Positions 15,001 to 27,000 of a DNA stretch of 64,000 nt are shown one piece after another; position 1 is the stretch's first letter; each line of letters starts with the position of its first letter. The notes below the pieces were generated by a model, which was given only the letters and a program-made list of their open reading frames with translations, did no database searches and had not been told where the DNA came from. Position numbers and translations under genes: made by a program. Source of the stretch: an uncultured bacterium (GTDB taxonomy: Bacteria; Oederibacteriota; JAAXVQ01; JAUVAV01); the NCBI GenBank assembly GCA_963710755.1, contig CAVQBK010000003.1:1248001-1312000 (forward strand), given 5' to 3'.

Positions 15001-18000
15001 GCGGTTCCCTTACCAAATTAAAAGATGTGGATCGTTTTCACAAAAACACCAATATTTTCCTCAAATATTTCCCTGACCCTGACTACAGTGCTGTTCCGGA
15101 TCAAGGTTTACGTCAGGCGGTCAACTACCTGGCAGACAATATGCGTATTGACCTCAAAGATCTGCTGCCTGATTATTTCTTGCCATCCTTGCGTTCTTTT
15201 TCATATGTGTGGGGTGTGCGTTTGATCCAATTTGGTATGACCGTGGGCATTATGGCTTCCTTCTCTTTGGTCTTTGCTGATCCTGATACCTATTACCGTC
15301 TTGTAGAAACCATGACCAATATTCCGGGTTTGATTGATTATATTAACCATTTACTAACTTGGCTTCTTGAGAGTGTTGGCTTGGGAGGGAGTTTTCTCTT
15401 TGCCGGCCTGGTGACCCCAGGGAAAATTGAAAAACAAAACATCAGAGGATCTATGTGGCGATATAGTGCCTTTGGGGCCTTCCTGGTCTTAATGGCCTTT
15501 TATCTGAATGCCGCCACCGGTGTATCCATGGGCGGGGTGGTCTTTTTTCTGGTTCACGTCCTCGTGGGCGGCACGTTGCTTTTCCATACCTTGTGGGCAC
15601 CTTCCCACAAATTATATACATTTATATTACAGTTGTTCGGTGTGCGGCCAGAAGCACCAGCCCAATACAGTTTGGATGAATTAAGAAATGAAGTGGACGC
15701 TTATTACCAAAAACATGGTCAGCCTCTAAATCTTATCTTTTTAAAACCAAAATTCGGGAGTGATCCCAGTGACTATCAAGAATATATAAACTTTCTGAAG
15801 CGTGATGTGGCGTTCATGGCCGACAGCCTGCGCTATTTACCCCATCTCCATGTGACCCTGTCCTCTCCCAGCTTGGCACCGGGCCATGGTTTGGAAGCTT
15901 TTCAGAAAGCGGCTTTGGCCAGTTTCCAAAACTACATTAAATCTACTTATCCTGACATTGCCGATCAATTGCATATTGCCTACTTCCCCGTGAACCGCGT
16001 TTGGTCTTCCAAACCGGGTCAGTTGGAAAGGTTTGAAGTCTTTTTATCCGACTTGTACACCACCTACGGCACGCGTCTGAAAAAAGGGTTGTACGGTAAT
16101 TCGGGATTAACTATTGGGGGCAAACAGTTTGCCCAGGTGGGCGGCGACAATCTTTTGCTCCTAGTCGGCGGCCCCGGTAAAGTTAAAAATGTGACTCAAC
16201 AAGACAAAATCATTGAAACCAACCAAGACCTGCTGGATGCCATCCATAACGGCGATCGTCTGGAGCCAGTGGATAAAGAGGCGTGGGAACAATGGGTTTA
16301 TGATCCCATGCGGGTCGTGGCCAATAGCGATGACAAGAATTCCTGGGGCCTGACCGGAGAAATGGGGCTGCAGGGTTCGACCATGCTTTCCTATTTGCGG
16401 GTGATGTTCAAAAACCCCAATATCTATATGGCCCTGCCTACGATTTATGTCACCAAACCGACCATGAAGAGCAAGACTTATTCCAGCCCGTGGCTCTATA
16501 TTGCCGATCTGGCCCGTACCTATAACACCATCTCCGAAGTAGTCATGATGTGGATATATAAAGGTGCGTATGGGCATTATGGCAAAAGCATGCTCCAGCC
16601 CGGTCAGCATGCCCGTACCATCTATAAATCAGAACATTTGCATCCGGATAAACAAACCTCCCATGATTATCAGGAAGCTATTGCCATGATGAAGGCTAGG
16701 GTTATTATCGGATCGGTGCTCTCCAAACTTCGGGTCACTATTTTGAATGCCAAATCCTATTTGTTCTCCCACCGTCTGGGAGACCGCAAACATGTCTATA
16801 AATTGCAGCGTGAGGGCATGACCCTGAGAATTTGGGAACATAACCCCGGTAGTCCAACCCAGACTGTTCAATCGGACGGCCAAATCCTGGCTAAGTCGGC
16901 TGATGGTTTTGTGCCTACCATGGCCTTTAAAGATGTCCTGGCCAAAGTGATCCTGACGGCTGCGGCTGAACGGAAACTATTGAATGAAGATCCTGATGTG
17001 GTGCAAGGCCAAGAATGGTCGATCCAATCCATCGCCCCTCTGGGCAATGAAGATCATTATGAAATCGTGGTGCGTATGGGTGAGGGGGAAGAGGCTAAAG
17101 AGGCCAAATTTCAATTTTTATTTGACGCAAACGGTGGAGTAAGTTTGACCAGCAATAATATGATGTCAAAACCGGCCTGGTTTTCACCGCAAGATATGCG
17201 TAAGTACATGGATATCATTATCCGCCATGCAGTGATGTCCAATATCGAAGACAAAGGCTCGGTTGGTGAACGTGACCTGCGCATGCCTATTTCCTTCTTC
17301 TTGCGTGATGGTCGCTGGGTGGTGGGGGACTGGCAAATGCTGCTCACCGAAGGCCCCTATGATAAATATTTAAGTCCCCGCGAACTTTTTCATTATGTGT
17401 TGCTGAAGCGGCGGCTTTATTTGGATGCCGTGTTTTTGATCTTTAGTATGTATTTTCTGACCATTGCCTTGACAGGCTATATGACTCTCAGTAATTTTGG
17501 ACTGGCCACTACTATTCTGATCATCACCAATGTGGCTATTATCGGCGTGGACAAATTATTCCTGCCTTTTGGCGAAAGTTTAAAGGATTACAGGAAAATA
17601 ATTTGGGATGAGCCCACCTTGCGGGGGCGGTTCATACAATTCCTGAAGCAGGGCGGATTTCTGGTCAAGTTGACATTCAATACGCTCAATTTTGGGGTTC
17701 GTGTTACTTTGTATACCACCTTGGTCTCACTTATGAATTTGTGGATCATGGGCTTTGTGGTGGCTAAAGTCATTAAAGCCGGCAGAGAGGGAGCTAAGAT
17801 CGAATGGAAAGGTCTGGACAATGCTACCCTGGCTCAAATGGAATTCAAAATGCTATTCCCGGCTTTCTTGAACCGCTTTTTCGAAGGTAAGCTGGTGAAA
17901 TCCCATTACAATACATTTACCCGGCCCTGGAGAGTCGGATTGGCCGCAGTGGCCATTCTGGCCGGCGCCGGCTATGTTGGTCTGATTTTGACAGGCACTT

Positions 18001-21000
18001 TATATACCGGCATTGGCATCATGATTCTAAGTTGGTTGGTGGCACCGCTGGTTATGTATATTGCCTCTCAGGGCAAAGAAGGTAAATGGCGCGAGAAACT
18101 CTATTTCCCATTCTTATTGGGGTACATGGCGCTTTTCATAGGCGTGCTTGGTCCTTACTACCAATGGGAACCTCTTCTGCGCGTGGTACTCAGTCTGTAT
18201 TCTTTGTTCGTGACTTTCTTTATCTTTGAATTCACGCCCATGCTGCCCAAACGAATTAAGACGGCCGGACAAAATTTAAAACAAAGTTCGAAAGGACAAA
18301 TTTGGCTGGCTATGGCAATGACCGCATTGATTGCTGGAGGTGTGGTTTATCAGGAAGATCTGAAACAATGGACCAGTACCATTCCGGCCAGGACTCAGCG
18401 AGTCATTGATGAAGCTAAATATATCCTGCACAGCCAAGTTCCATGGCTTCCGATTGACTTTGCAAAAGGTACTTCCATCACACCAACTACTGCCGAAGGC
18501 GGACAGGCACCTCAGGGAAAAGAGGAGAAGAAGCAGAGCACGGCTGCGCCGGTTCAGGGCAACCGGCTGCTCCAGCCCAAAAATAAAGAAGAAAAACCTG
18601 CCGTTAACCCCTCCGCTACTATTCCAAATACTGATGAAGGCGGGAAGGCACCGCAGGGAAAAGAGAAGAAGCCGAGCACGGTGGCTGCGCCGGCCCAGAG
18701 CAACCTGCAGCCTCAGTCCAAGACCAGAAAAGAACAACCAGCTGTTGATCTCTCTGCTACTATTCTAAATGGGAGTATGGCATTTACTAATAATAAACTT
18801 CAAGTACAGCAAGTTGATATTGAACATTGGCGTAAGGATCAGGCAATCCCAGATAAAGAAGCATTTTTTAAGAATTATTTAAAACTTTTACACATGTATG
18901 GTCAGTCTTCAGTGACAGGGAAAAATGCCGGTGATTTGGCCTTTTGGGCTGCAAAAACTAGTCGTGGTGAGATGACTTTTGAACAAATAGAATATAATGA
19001 ACTGCCTCCGGCCAAGGCGGCGGTAGAAGTTGATGAAACCTCTGTCCCGGCGGCCACGCATAGTAGTAAGCCATTATTCTCAGCCGGCATGGATGCTGCA
19101 GCTAAAAAAGCATATGTTAAAAAGTTGCTGCAAGCCTATTTGCATGAACGGGTAAAATTCCGTGATCCCAACAAGGATTACCCCCTTGATTATCCGGCCA
19201 AAACTGATGAAACCAATGCCACTAATATTGGCTTTGATCTGGTTCAAACCGTGGTGGCGCAACAGATTAATGGTGAAATTAAGCAGAAAGAAGCCTTAAC
19301 CCATTTGCGCAAAGTGTTGCGTCATTTACTAAAGGAACCGCAGACCAGCGGTTTCTTCCCGAATCATCTTAGTCTCAAAGGGCAAACACCAGTGCCCGAT
19401 AATCCGCAAGCTTTGTCGGACAGCAATAAAATTATTCCGGGCTTAATTATGGTATGGCATGCTTACAAGGGAACAGAAGTGGGAAAAATGGCCTATCAGC
19501 TATTGAACCGGATTGATTGGTCCAAGTTATATGATGCGTCCCACAACGCCCTGAGATTTATGTTTGATGTAAAGACCGGCCAGTGGAGCGGAGGGCCACG
19601 GGTATGGCTGGGCAGTGATTTGCGGCTGCCTTACATCATCGGCACGGCTATTGGCCAGTTGCCAATGAAATCACTTGACCTCATTAGCGGTCGTCCTGAC
19701 ACCAAACCCGGCGAAATAAGAGAAACCAAACAGTTCGGTTTGTTTATGCCCATGATGGACGGTTTGTTCCTGTCGGTAGCTGAAAAAGGCACCATTGTGG
19801 AAAAATGGGCAGCAGATCAAGCGTGGGCACAATTTGAACACGCAGCAGAGAGAGGGGCACCTTTAACCTTTAATTCGAGTTCTATTAATCCCAATAACTA
19901 TAGCTACAATGCCAATTTCACCGGTGCTGGGATCAATATTGTCTCCCCCCATGCTGTGGCCTTGGCCAGCCGGTTTTATCCTAATGTTGCCACTGAGGAA
20001 TTTGAACGGATGGATGCCATGGGTATGCGTGGTCAATTTGGCTTTAGTGATGCTATTGATGTTACGACCGGTAAAATGGCAGGAGAAGATCGTGCGGTTG
20101 GCGGTCCCAATAACGCCATGACCTATTTAAGTCTCACCAACCTGTTTGCAGGCGGGCAAGTGGTTAGCCAGTACTTTACTAATGCCCTTTCCGATTATAT
20201 GCAAGATCAAGGTCCCAAGGCAAAATATCCTGTTGCACAAGATGCCCGATCTTTTTACAGGCAGGTGCCGTTCTATCGGAACAAAACAGACCAGTTTGCA
20301 CTTTACCGCCAGCGTGATCAGCAAGGATTAAACAAGATACCACCTGTACCCCAACGTTTATTAAAGGGCAACCGGCTGCTCTGGAACGCCAATGTGGTGC
20401 CTGCGGCCATTGCCGCGGTACTTGGCCTGGCCGGCTTGTTCTTTACCGGCTACCTTGATTCCACGGTAATGGGCAGTACTATCGGCGCAGGTGCCATTGC
20501 TTTCTTGAGTGCCATTGGATTGCATGAAGCCAGTCACCGTCTCTGGACGCCCGGCGGCCGTCTGGTATGGGACCGTCAGGGGCTGCAGGTCATGCCGCCT
20601 CGAGGTGCCGCGGTGACCCGCGCCCAAGCCTTGGCCGGGCCAATAGGATCTCTGATCATCGGAGCAAGCTTTGCCTTGGCCTTGGCCCTCTTGACGCCTT
20701 TTTCCTCGGCAGCCTTGGCGGTGGGGCTAACGTTTGTGGCGGTTAATATGTGGTCCTTAATCCCCGGCATTCCGGGGGACGCCCAGATGATTTGGGGTAA
20801 AAATGCGTCGGATAAACAGTTGGAAACTAAAGAAGATGGTTCAAAAATCATTGATAAATTATTGGGCAAGGGTAAGATTTATCTCTGGACAACATTTGCT
20901 TTGGCAATAGTGCTTTATATCATTATTTATCCTCAACTTGTAGATTGGTCGAAAACACAAGTGATTATGGGTTTGACCAATGTGATTGTTATTTTTACTA

Positions 21001-24000
21001 TGAATTTTTTCCTCATTAATAAAACCATCGCTCGTTTGCTGCACCTGACCAGAGGGTCCAGAACGTTAAAAGCAATGGATTATTCTTCTGGTATCCCGGA
21101 AGATCAAAAAACCGCTGCTTATTACCCCATTCTATTTAAAAACCCATCCGATTTAAAATTTTTTAACAATACCCTTAAACTTTCAATTCAAAACAATCGG
21201 GATCCCAATATTCAGTGGGTAATTTTAAGCACCTCACCTAAAAATATACAGGCAGAGGAAGAGAAGGCAATTGCGGCATTAAAAAAAGAACTGGGTATAA
21301 ATAACCTCTCATATATCCATCGCAGTTCCAAGGTGAACAATTGGGAGACCAAACGTGGCGGCTATATGCATTTTATGAATTGGCTGCATCAAGGTGCTCC
21401 TGAAAATGGCGTGATTCAAAAAGTCCAGCGATTTCCCGCCATGCCTGCTGGGGAAGTATTTGACCAAATTATTAGCGATCTTAATGGATTAAAAACTGTA
21501 ACCAACATGGTGATGGGTGATTCAGATAGTTATTGGCCAACAGATAGCATTAAAAACCTTGTGGCCAGAATTGTCGAGCCAGAAAACCAAGATTATGTTA
21601 TTTTCCAAGGTAGGGTATTGGGGCGTAACCAGGATGAAAGCTTTTTAGCCAGATTATATAATGAAATCCAAATTATCATCCAAGGTCAGAATGAATTCTG
21701 GACGCAATTCGAAGAGATTTTTTGGGGCGGCCATGGTGCGGGGTGGGAGATCAATAAATTTTTAGATAGCATGGCTGGCAACATGAACAATGGCTTTACA
21801 AGTCATGATTATGTGGAATCACTTTTTGCTCGCACCGCTTGGATTCCTGATGTTGTCAGCTATGAGGATATTACGCCCAATCTGGAATTACTGTTAAAAC
21901 AAGTTAAACGGTACTGGCAAGGTGATAAGCTTACCGGTGTTTTCTATAAAACCTTAATCCCGCAAGAAACAGGAGAGCTGAAACGGAGTCCATTGACAGT
22001 CATACAAAGAGTCACCCTTGCATCATCCGTTCACTCGATGTGGGTTTTACCGCTATTGCTGCTTGTTTATATCATGACCAGTGCCCAGATGGTCTTTTTA
22101 GGTATATCCATTTGGTATCTCAATCTCCATATCGCTCTGTTTTTCCTCCTTTTTACTGTGGCAAGCAAAGACATATCTATGATTTTAAAAGGCATTAGAG
22201 TTCTACCTGTATTATTACTAGTTGTTCCGATTGTGATGTTTTTGATGCCCTATGCAGCTACAGTTGATTTGCTTAAACAAGCCGTGAGTAAAATCTTCAA
22301 AATAAAATTTGGTGATTTCAATTGGGTTCCGCAGGGGAGCCTAAATAGATCCCAAGACTATCAAAAAATCCTTCCATTCGTCGTGACCGCTACATTGCTG
22401 GGTTTGACAGGCATATGGTTTTTACCATTGGGCATCAGTGTTTTTCTTTTTGGCCCTTTGCTTCTGGCACCGTTGACAAGCTGGTGGTTGGCGCAATCAC
22501 CTGAAATTATTTCCTTTGAAAATATTATTAATTATTTTGATCGTAAACAAGTTATGCAGAGGATACCAAAGATTGCGGCAATGGCGCTATTGGTATTGGC
22601 ACTGGTTACTGTAATTAGTTTGGCTACATCCTCATCTGCCCAAGGACAGGCAAGCTTTGATGGCAACAGCAGTAGGGGCACACCTACACTTGTTAAACCT
22701 GATTCGGATTTAGCAAGGCAAATAGTAACACAAAGTTCTTCATTATCAAGGGGTAAGCTGAAAGTTGAAGCTGGAGATGTTAATTATTGGCTGGATGATC
22801 GTACCATCACAGACAAAGCAGCATTTTTCAATGCTTATTTAAATTTGTTGAAAATGTATGGGCAGTCTTCGGTGACAGGGAAAAAAGCAGGTGATCTGGC
22901 CTATTGGGCCACGCGCATAAGTAACAGGCAAACTACTCTAGCTGAGGCTCAAAAGGATTTTCCGGCAGGAGCAATCGCCTCTAATGCTGTTCAAGCCGAT
23001 GTGAATGCGTTGGCGCAAAGAGTTGTAATGGAAAGTCAGTCGTTGACCAAGGGTAAGCTGAAAGTTGAAGCTGGAGATGTTAATTATTGGCTGGTTGATC
23101 GTACCATCACAGACAAAGCAGCATTTTTCAATGCTTATTTAAATTTGTTGAAAATGTATGGGCAGTCTTCGGTGACAGGGAAAAAAGCAGGTGATCTGGC
23201 CTATTGGGCCACGCGCATAAGTAACAGGCAAACTACTCTAGCTGAGGCTCAAAAGGATTTTCCGGCAGGAGCAATCGCCTCTAATGCTGTTCAAGCCGAT
23301 GTGAATGCGTTGGCGCAAAGAGTTGTAATGGAAAGTCAGTCGTTGACCAAGGGTAAGCTGAAAGTTGAAGCTGGAGATGTTAATTATTGGCTGGTTGATC
23401 GTACCATCACAGACAAAGCAGCATTTTTCAATGCTTATTTAAATTTGTTGAAAATGTATGGGCAGTCTTCGGTGACAGGGAAAAAAGCAGGTGACTTGGC
23501 TTTTTGGGCTGCAAGGATTAGCAAAGGCCAGGCGGGATGGGAAGAAATCAGCAGAGATTTTCTGCCGCAAGACAATGCAGCCGCCACTAAAGCTCAGCCT
23601 GCGTCTGCGGACACTTTTCATTTCCAGAGACTATTCTCCGCCGGAATGACGGCTTCAGATAAAAAATCATATTATATCACCTTGCTTGAAGCCTATTGGG
23701 AAGAACGCGTCACCCACCGTGACCAGGAAAAGGATTACCCCCTTGATTATCCGGACAAAACCGAAGAAACCAATGCCACCAATATTGGTTTTGACCTGGT
23801 TCAAACCGTGGTGGCTGATCGAATCAATGGGGATATTAAAGAAAAAGAAGCTTTAGCCCATTTGCGCAAAGTATTGAGCAATTTGTTAAAGGAGCCCCAA
23901 ACCAGCGGTTTCTTCCCGAATCATCTTAGTCTCAAAGGGAAAACACCAGTGCCCGATAATCCGCAAGCTTTGTCGGACAGCAATAAAATTATACCGGGAC

Positions 24001-27000
24001 TGATTATGGTCTGGCATGCTTACCCGAAAACAGAGGTCGGGAAGATGGCCCGCCAATTGTTGAGCAGGATTGACTGGTCAAAATTATATGATCAACCTAA
24101 TCATGCGTTGAGATTTATGTTTGATATGAAAACCGGGCAATGGAGCGGCGGCCCGGGGGTGTGGCTGGGAAGTGATGTACGGCTGCCTTACATTATAGGG
24201 GCAGCCATTGGTCAATTGCCAATGGAAGCGCTTGATCTCATTGGCGGCCGTCCTGATACCAAGCCCGATGAGCCAAGGGAGACCCAGCAGTTCGGATTGT
24301 TTATGCCCATGATGGATGGCTTGTTTCTGGCCAATGCAGAAAAAGGCACCATGGTGGAACAATGGGCGGCTGATCAAGCCTGGTCACAATTTGAACATGG
24401 GGTAGAAAGAGGGTATGCTTTAACCTTTAATTCAAGTTCTATTAATCCCAATGACTATAGCTATAATGCCAACTTCACCGGTCCTGGCGCCAGTATTATT
24501 TCACCCCATGCGATTGCCTTGGCCAGCCGTTTTTATCCTGAAATTGCTACTGAGCAATTCAAACGGATGGATGCCATGGGCATGCGCCACTATGGCTATA
24601 GGGATGCGATTGATGTGGTCACAGGCAACATGGCTCGAGAAGACCGCGCGGTTGGCGGACCCAATAATGGCATGACCTATTTAAGTCTCACCAACCTGAA
24701 AGCAGGCAAGCAGGTGGTGGCTGATTACTTTGATCAAGCCCTGACCCACTTGATGAATGATCAGCGCGGCAAGGCAAAATACCCGGTTGCAGCGGATGCT
24801 CGAGCGTTTTACCATGAAGTACCAGTCTATCAAAATCCACAAAATCGCGCTGGAGTTTATAGGCAACGCGACCAGCAAGGCATGACACAAATACCACCCA
24901 TTCCCCAGCGCTTATTAAAAGGCAACCGGCTGTTATGGGAAAGCAATGTCATACCCGCGGCTGTTGCCACTATTCTTGGCCTGGCCGGGTTATTCTTTGC
25001 GGGCTATCTTGATTCCACGGTGATGGGCAGCACCATAGGCGCTGCGGTCATGGCGTTTTTGAGCGCCATGGGATTACATGAAGCCAGTCACCGTCTTTGG
25101 ACACCCGGCGGCCGTCTGGTATGGGACCGTCAGGGGCTGCTGGTCATGCCGCCTCGAGGTGCCGCAGTAACCCGCGCCCAAGCCTTGGCCGGGCCAATAG
25201 GATCTCTGATCATCGGAGCAAGCGTTGCCTTGGCCTTGGCCCTCTTGACGCCTTTTTCCTCGGCAGCCTTGGCGGTGGGGCTAACGTTTGTGGCGGTTAA
25301 TATGTGGTCCTTAATCCCCGGTGTACAGGGTGATGCTCAAATCATCTGGGGCCAAAGCAAGCAACCGGCCCTCTTGAAGCTGGAAGCACCAGTGGCTGCG
25401 GCCGAAAAAACAAGCGGCGTCATGCAAGAAATCAGCAGAATGAGGACCTGGTTCAATCAACCGCTTAGAACCAATCCTACCATGACCGGCATGCTGCGCG
25501 GGTTGATTGCCCTTGGGCTTCCGGCTGTGCTTTATCCTCTGGCGTCAGCCATACAAATGACAGCCGGCTATCTGCAAACCGATCCCGTGGGCCTGGCCGT
25601 GGTTTTGACGGCCATTACTGGTTTGGTTTTGGCAGGTTTAAAGGGCTTGTTGACTGCGGTTCTGCGTCGTGGCCCTGGCCGCCAACTTGATGCCGACCAA
25701 GTAGGGCAGTTGAAGCAATTGGCGGGCTTTGCGCCTGAGTATCGAGGGTTGACATTTATCACCAAAAGCCAAAAAGCACAGGCAACCGGTAATGACGTTA
25801 TTATTCCTGATATAGTGGCAGGTATCTTAATTGATACCATTGCGGCCCAAGGGCCGCAAACCGTGATCAACCGGCTCAAAGCCCGTTTGGCCTACTATAT
25901 CTTCAAGAGTGTGGTCAATGACGCCATGCTGCAATGGACCAAGCGCACGAGCTTGGAAAAACAAAATTTGTCTTGGATCGACCGTTTGGCCATGCCTTTT
26001 GAAACCTTGGCCTTGCGTGCGGGCAACCCGCTGTTTACAGGCATGATGGCCGCAGCCGCCATGGCGGCCACGATTATGATTGCCGGCTTGCTGGGGCTGC
26101 CCGTGTTGGGCATCACGATCATCGTGGGCTTGGCCGCGGCGACGATGGCCTGGGCTTTTGCCACCATCACCACCAGCTCCTTTGACTATAGCGATCCAAA
26201 ATCAGGTGCCGGAACCTTGACAGAAGCAGGGCTGGCGATGTTGAGAGCTAATGAACAAAAATATTCCAATAATAAGCAAAGGGTAGCCCTTGACCCTGTA
26301 GACCTCCTGGGCGCGGTGGTGCAGGCCAATGAAGCCGTGGCAACACAATTAGGGCAGAAAGCAGAACCCAATCTGGGCGAGACTTTGGTCCAACGGTTGA
26401 ATGAGATGGTCAGGACCGGATTTGGCCGCAATTTGTTGTCCTTGATCAATGAGTTGCGGATGGGCAAGGCTGAGAGCCTGAGGCAACGGTTACTGCAGAC
26501 CTTGGCAAAAGAGTGGCAAGGACAGTCGGGTATGACGGCTGCAGCCTATGAAAACGCCGCCCTGGCGCTGGTGCAAACAAAGTCTTCCCAGGCTATGGTG
26601 GCCAAATCAGAGGCAACGCCGCCGGTTAATCAAGTGGTTTATTTATTCAATTCACCGCAACTGATCGCAGCCTTGCTGGAAAATACGCGGCAGCTTTTGA
26701 CTCAAGCTCACCAGCAGGAAGTGAGGGGAAGTACCGTCGAAAGCTTGACGGCTGTTGCAGAAAGTTTGACGGCCCTGAAGGCCATGTCCGAACAGCACCA
26801 GCCTGGGGAACTGATGACGCTCAGTGATGATCCGGCCATGGTCCAGGCACTAATGCCTTATATTCGCGGCTATGCACAACAGGCTGATACCGGCAGCATG
26901 CTTAATTTGGGTGAGGATTTTGAAGAAAAAACCAGCGTGGTGCTGGGCGAGCATCAGACCTATACCCTGCAACTGGCCAGCGGACAGGACGTGGCTATGC

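Noticed and set aside
22748-23510. Regular repeats as a possible CRISPR array or mobile element
   Set aside because: The units are 300 bp, in frame and contiguous, with no unique spacers; no cas or transposase genes in the window.
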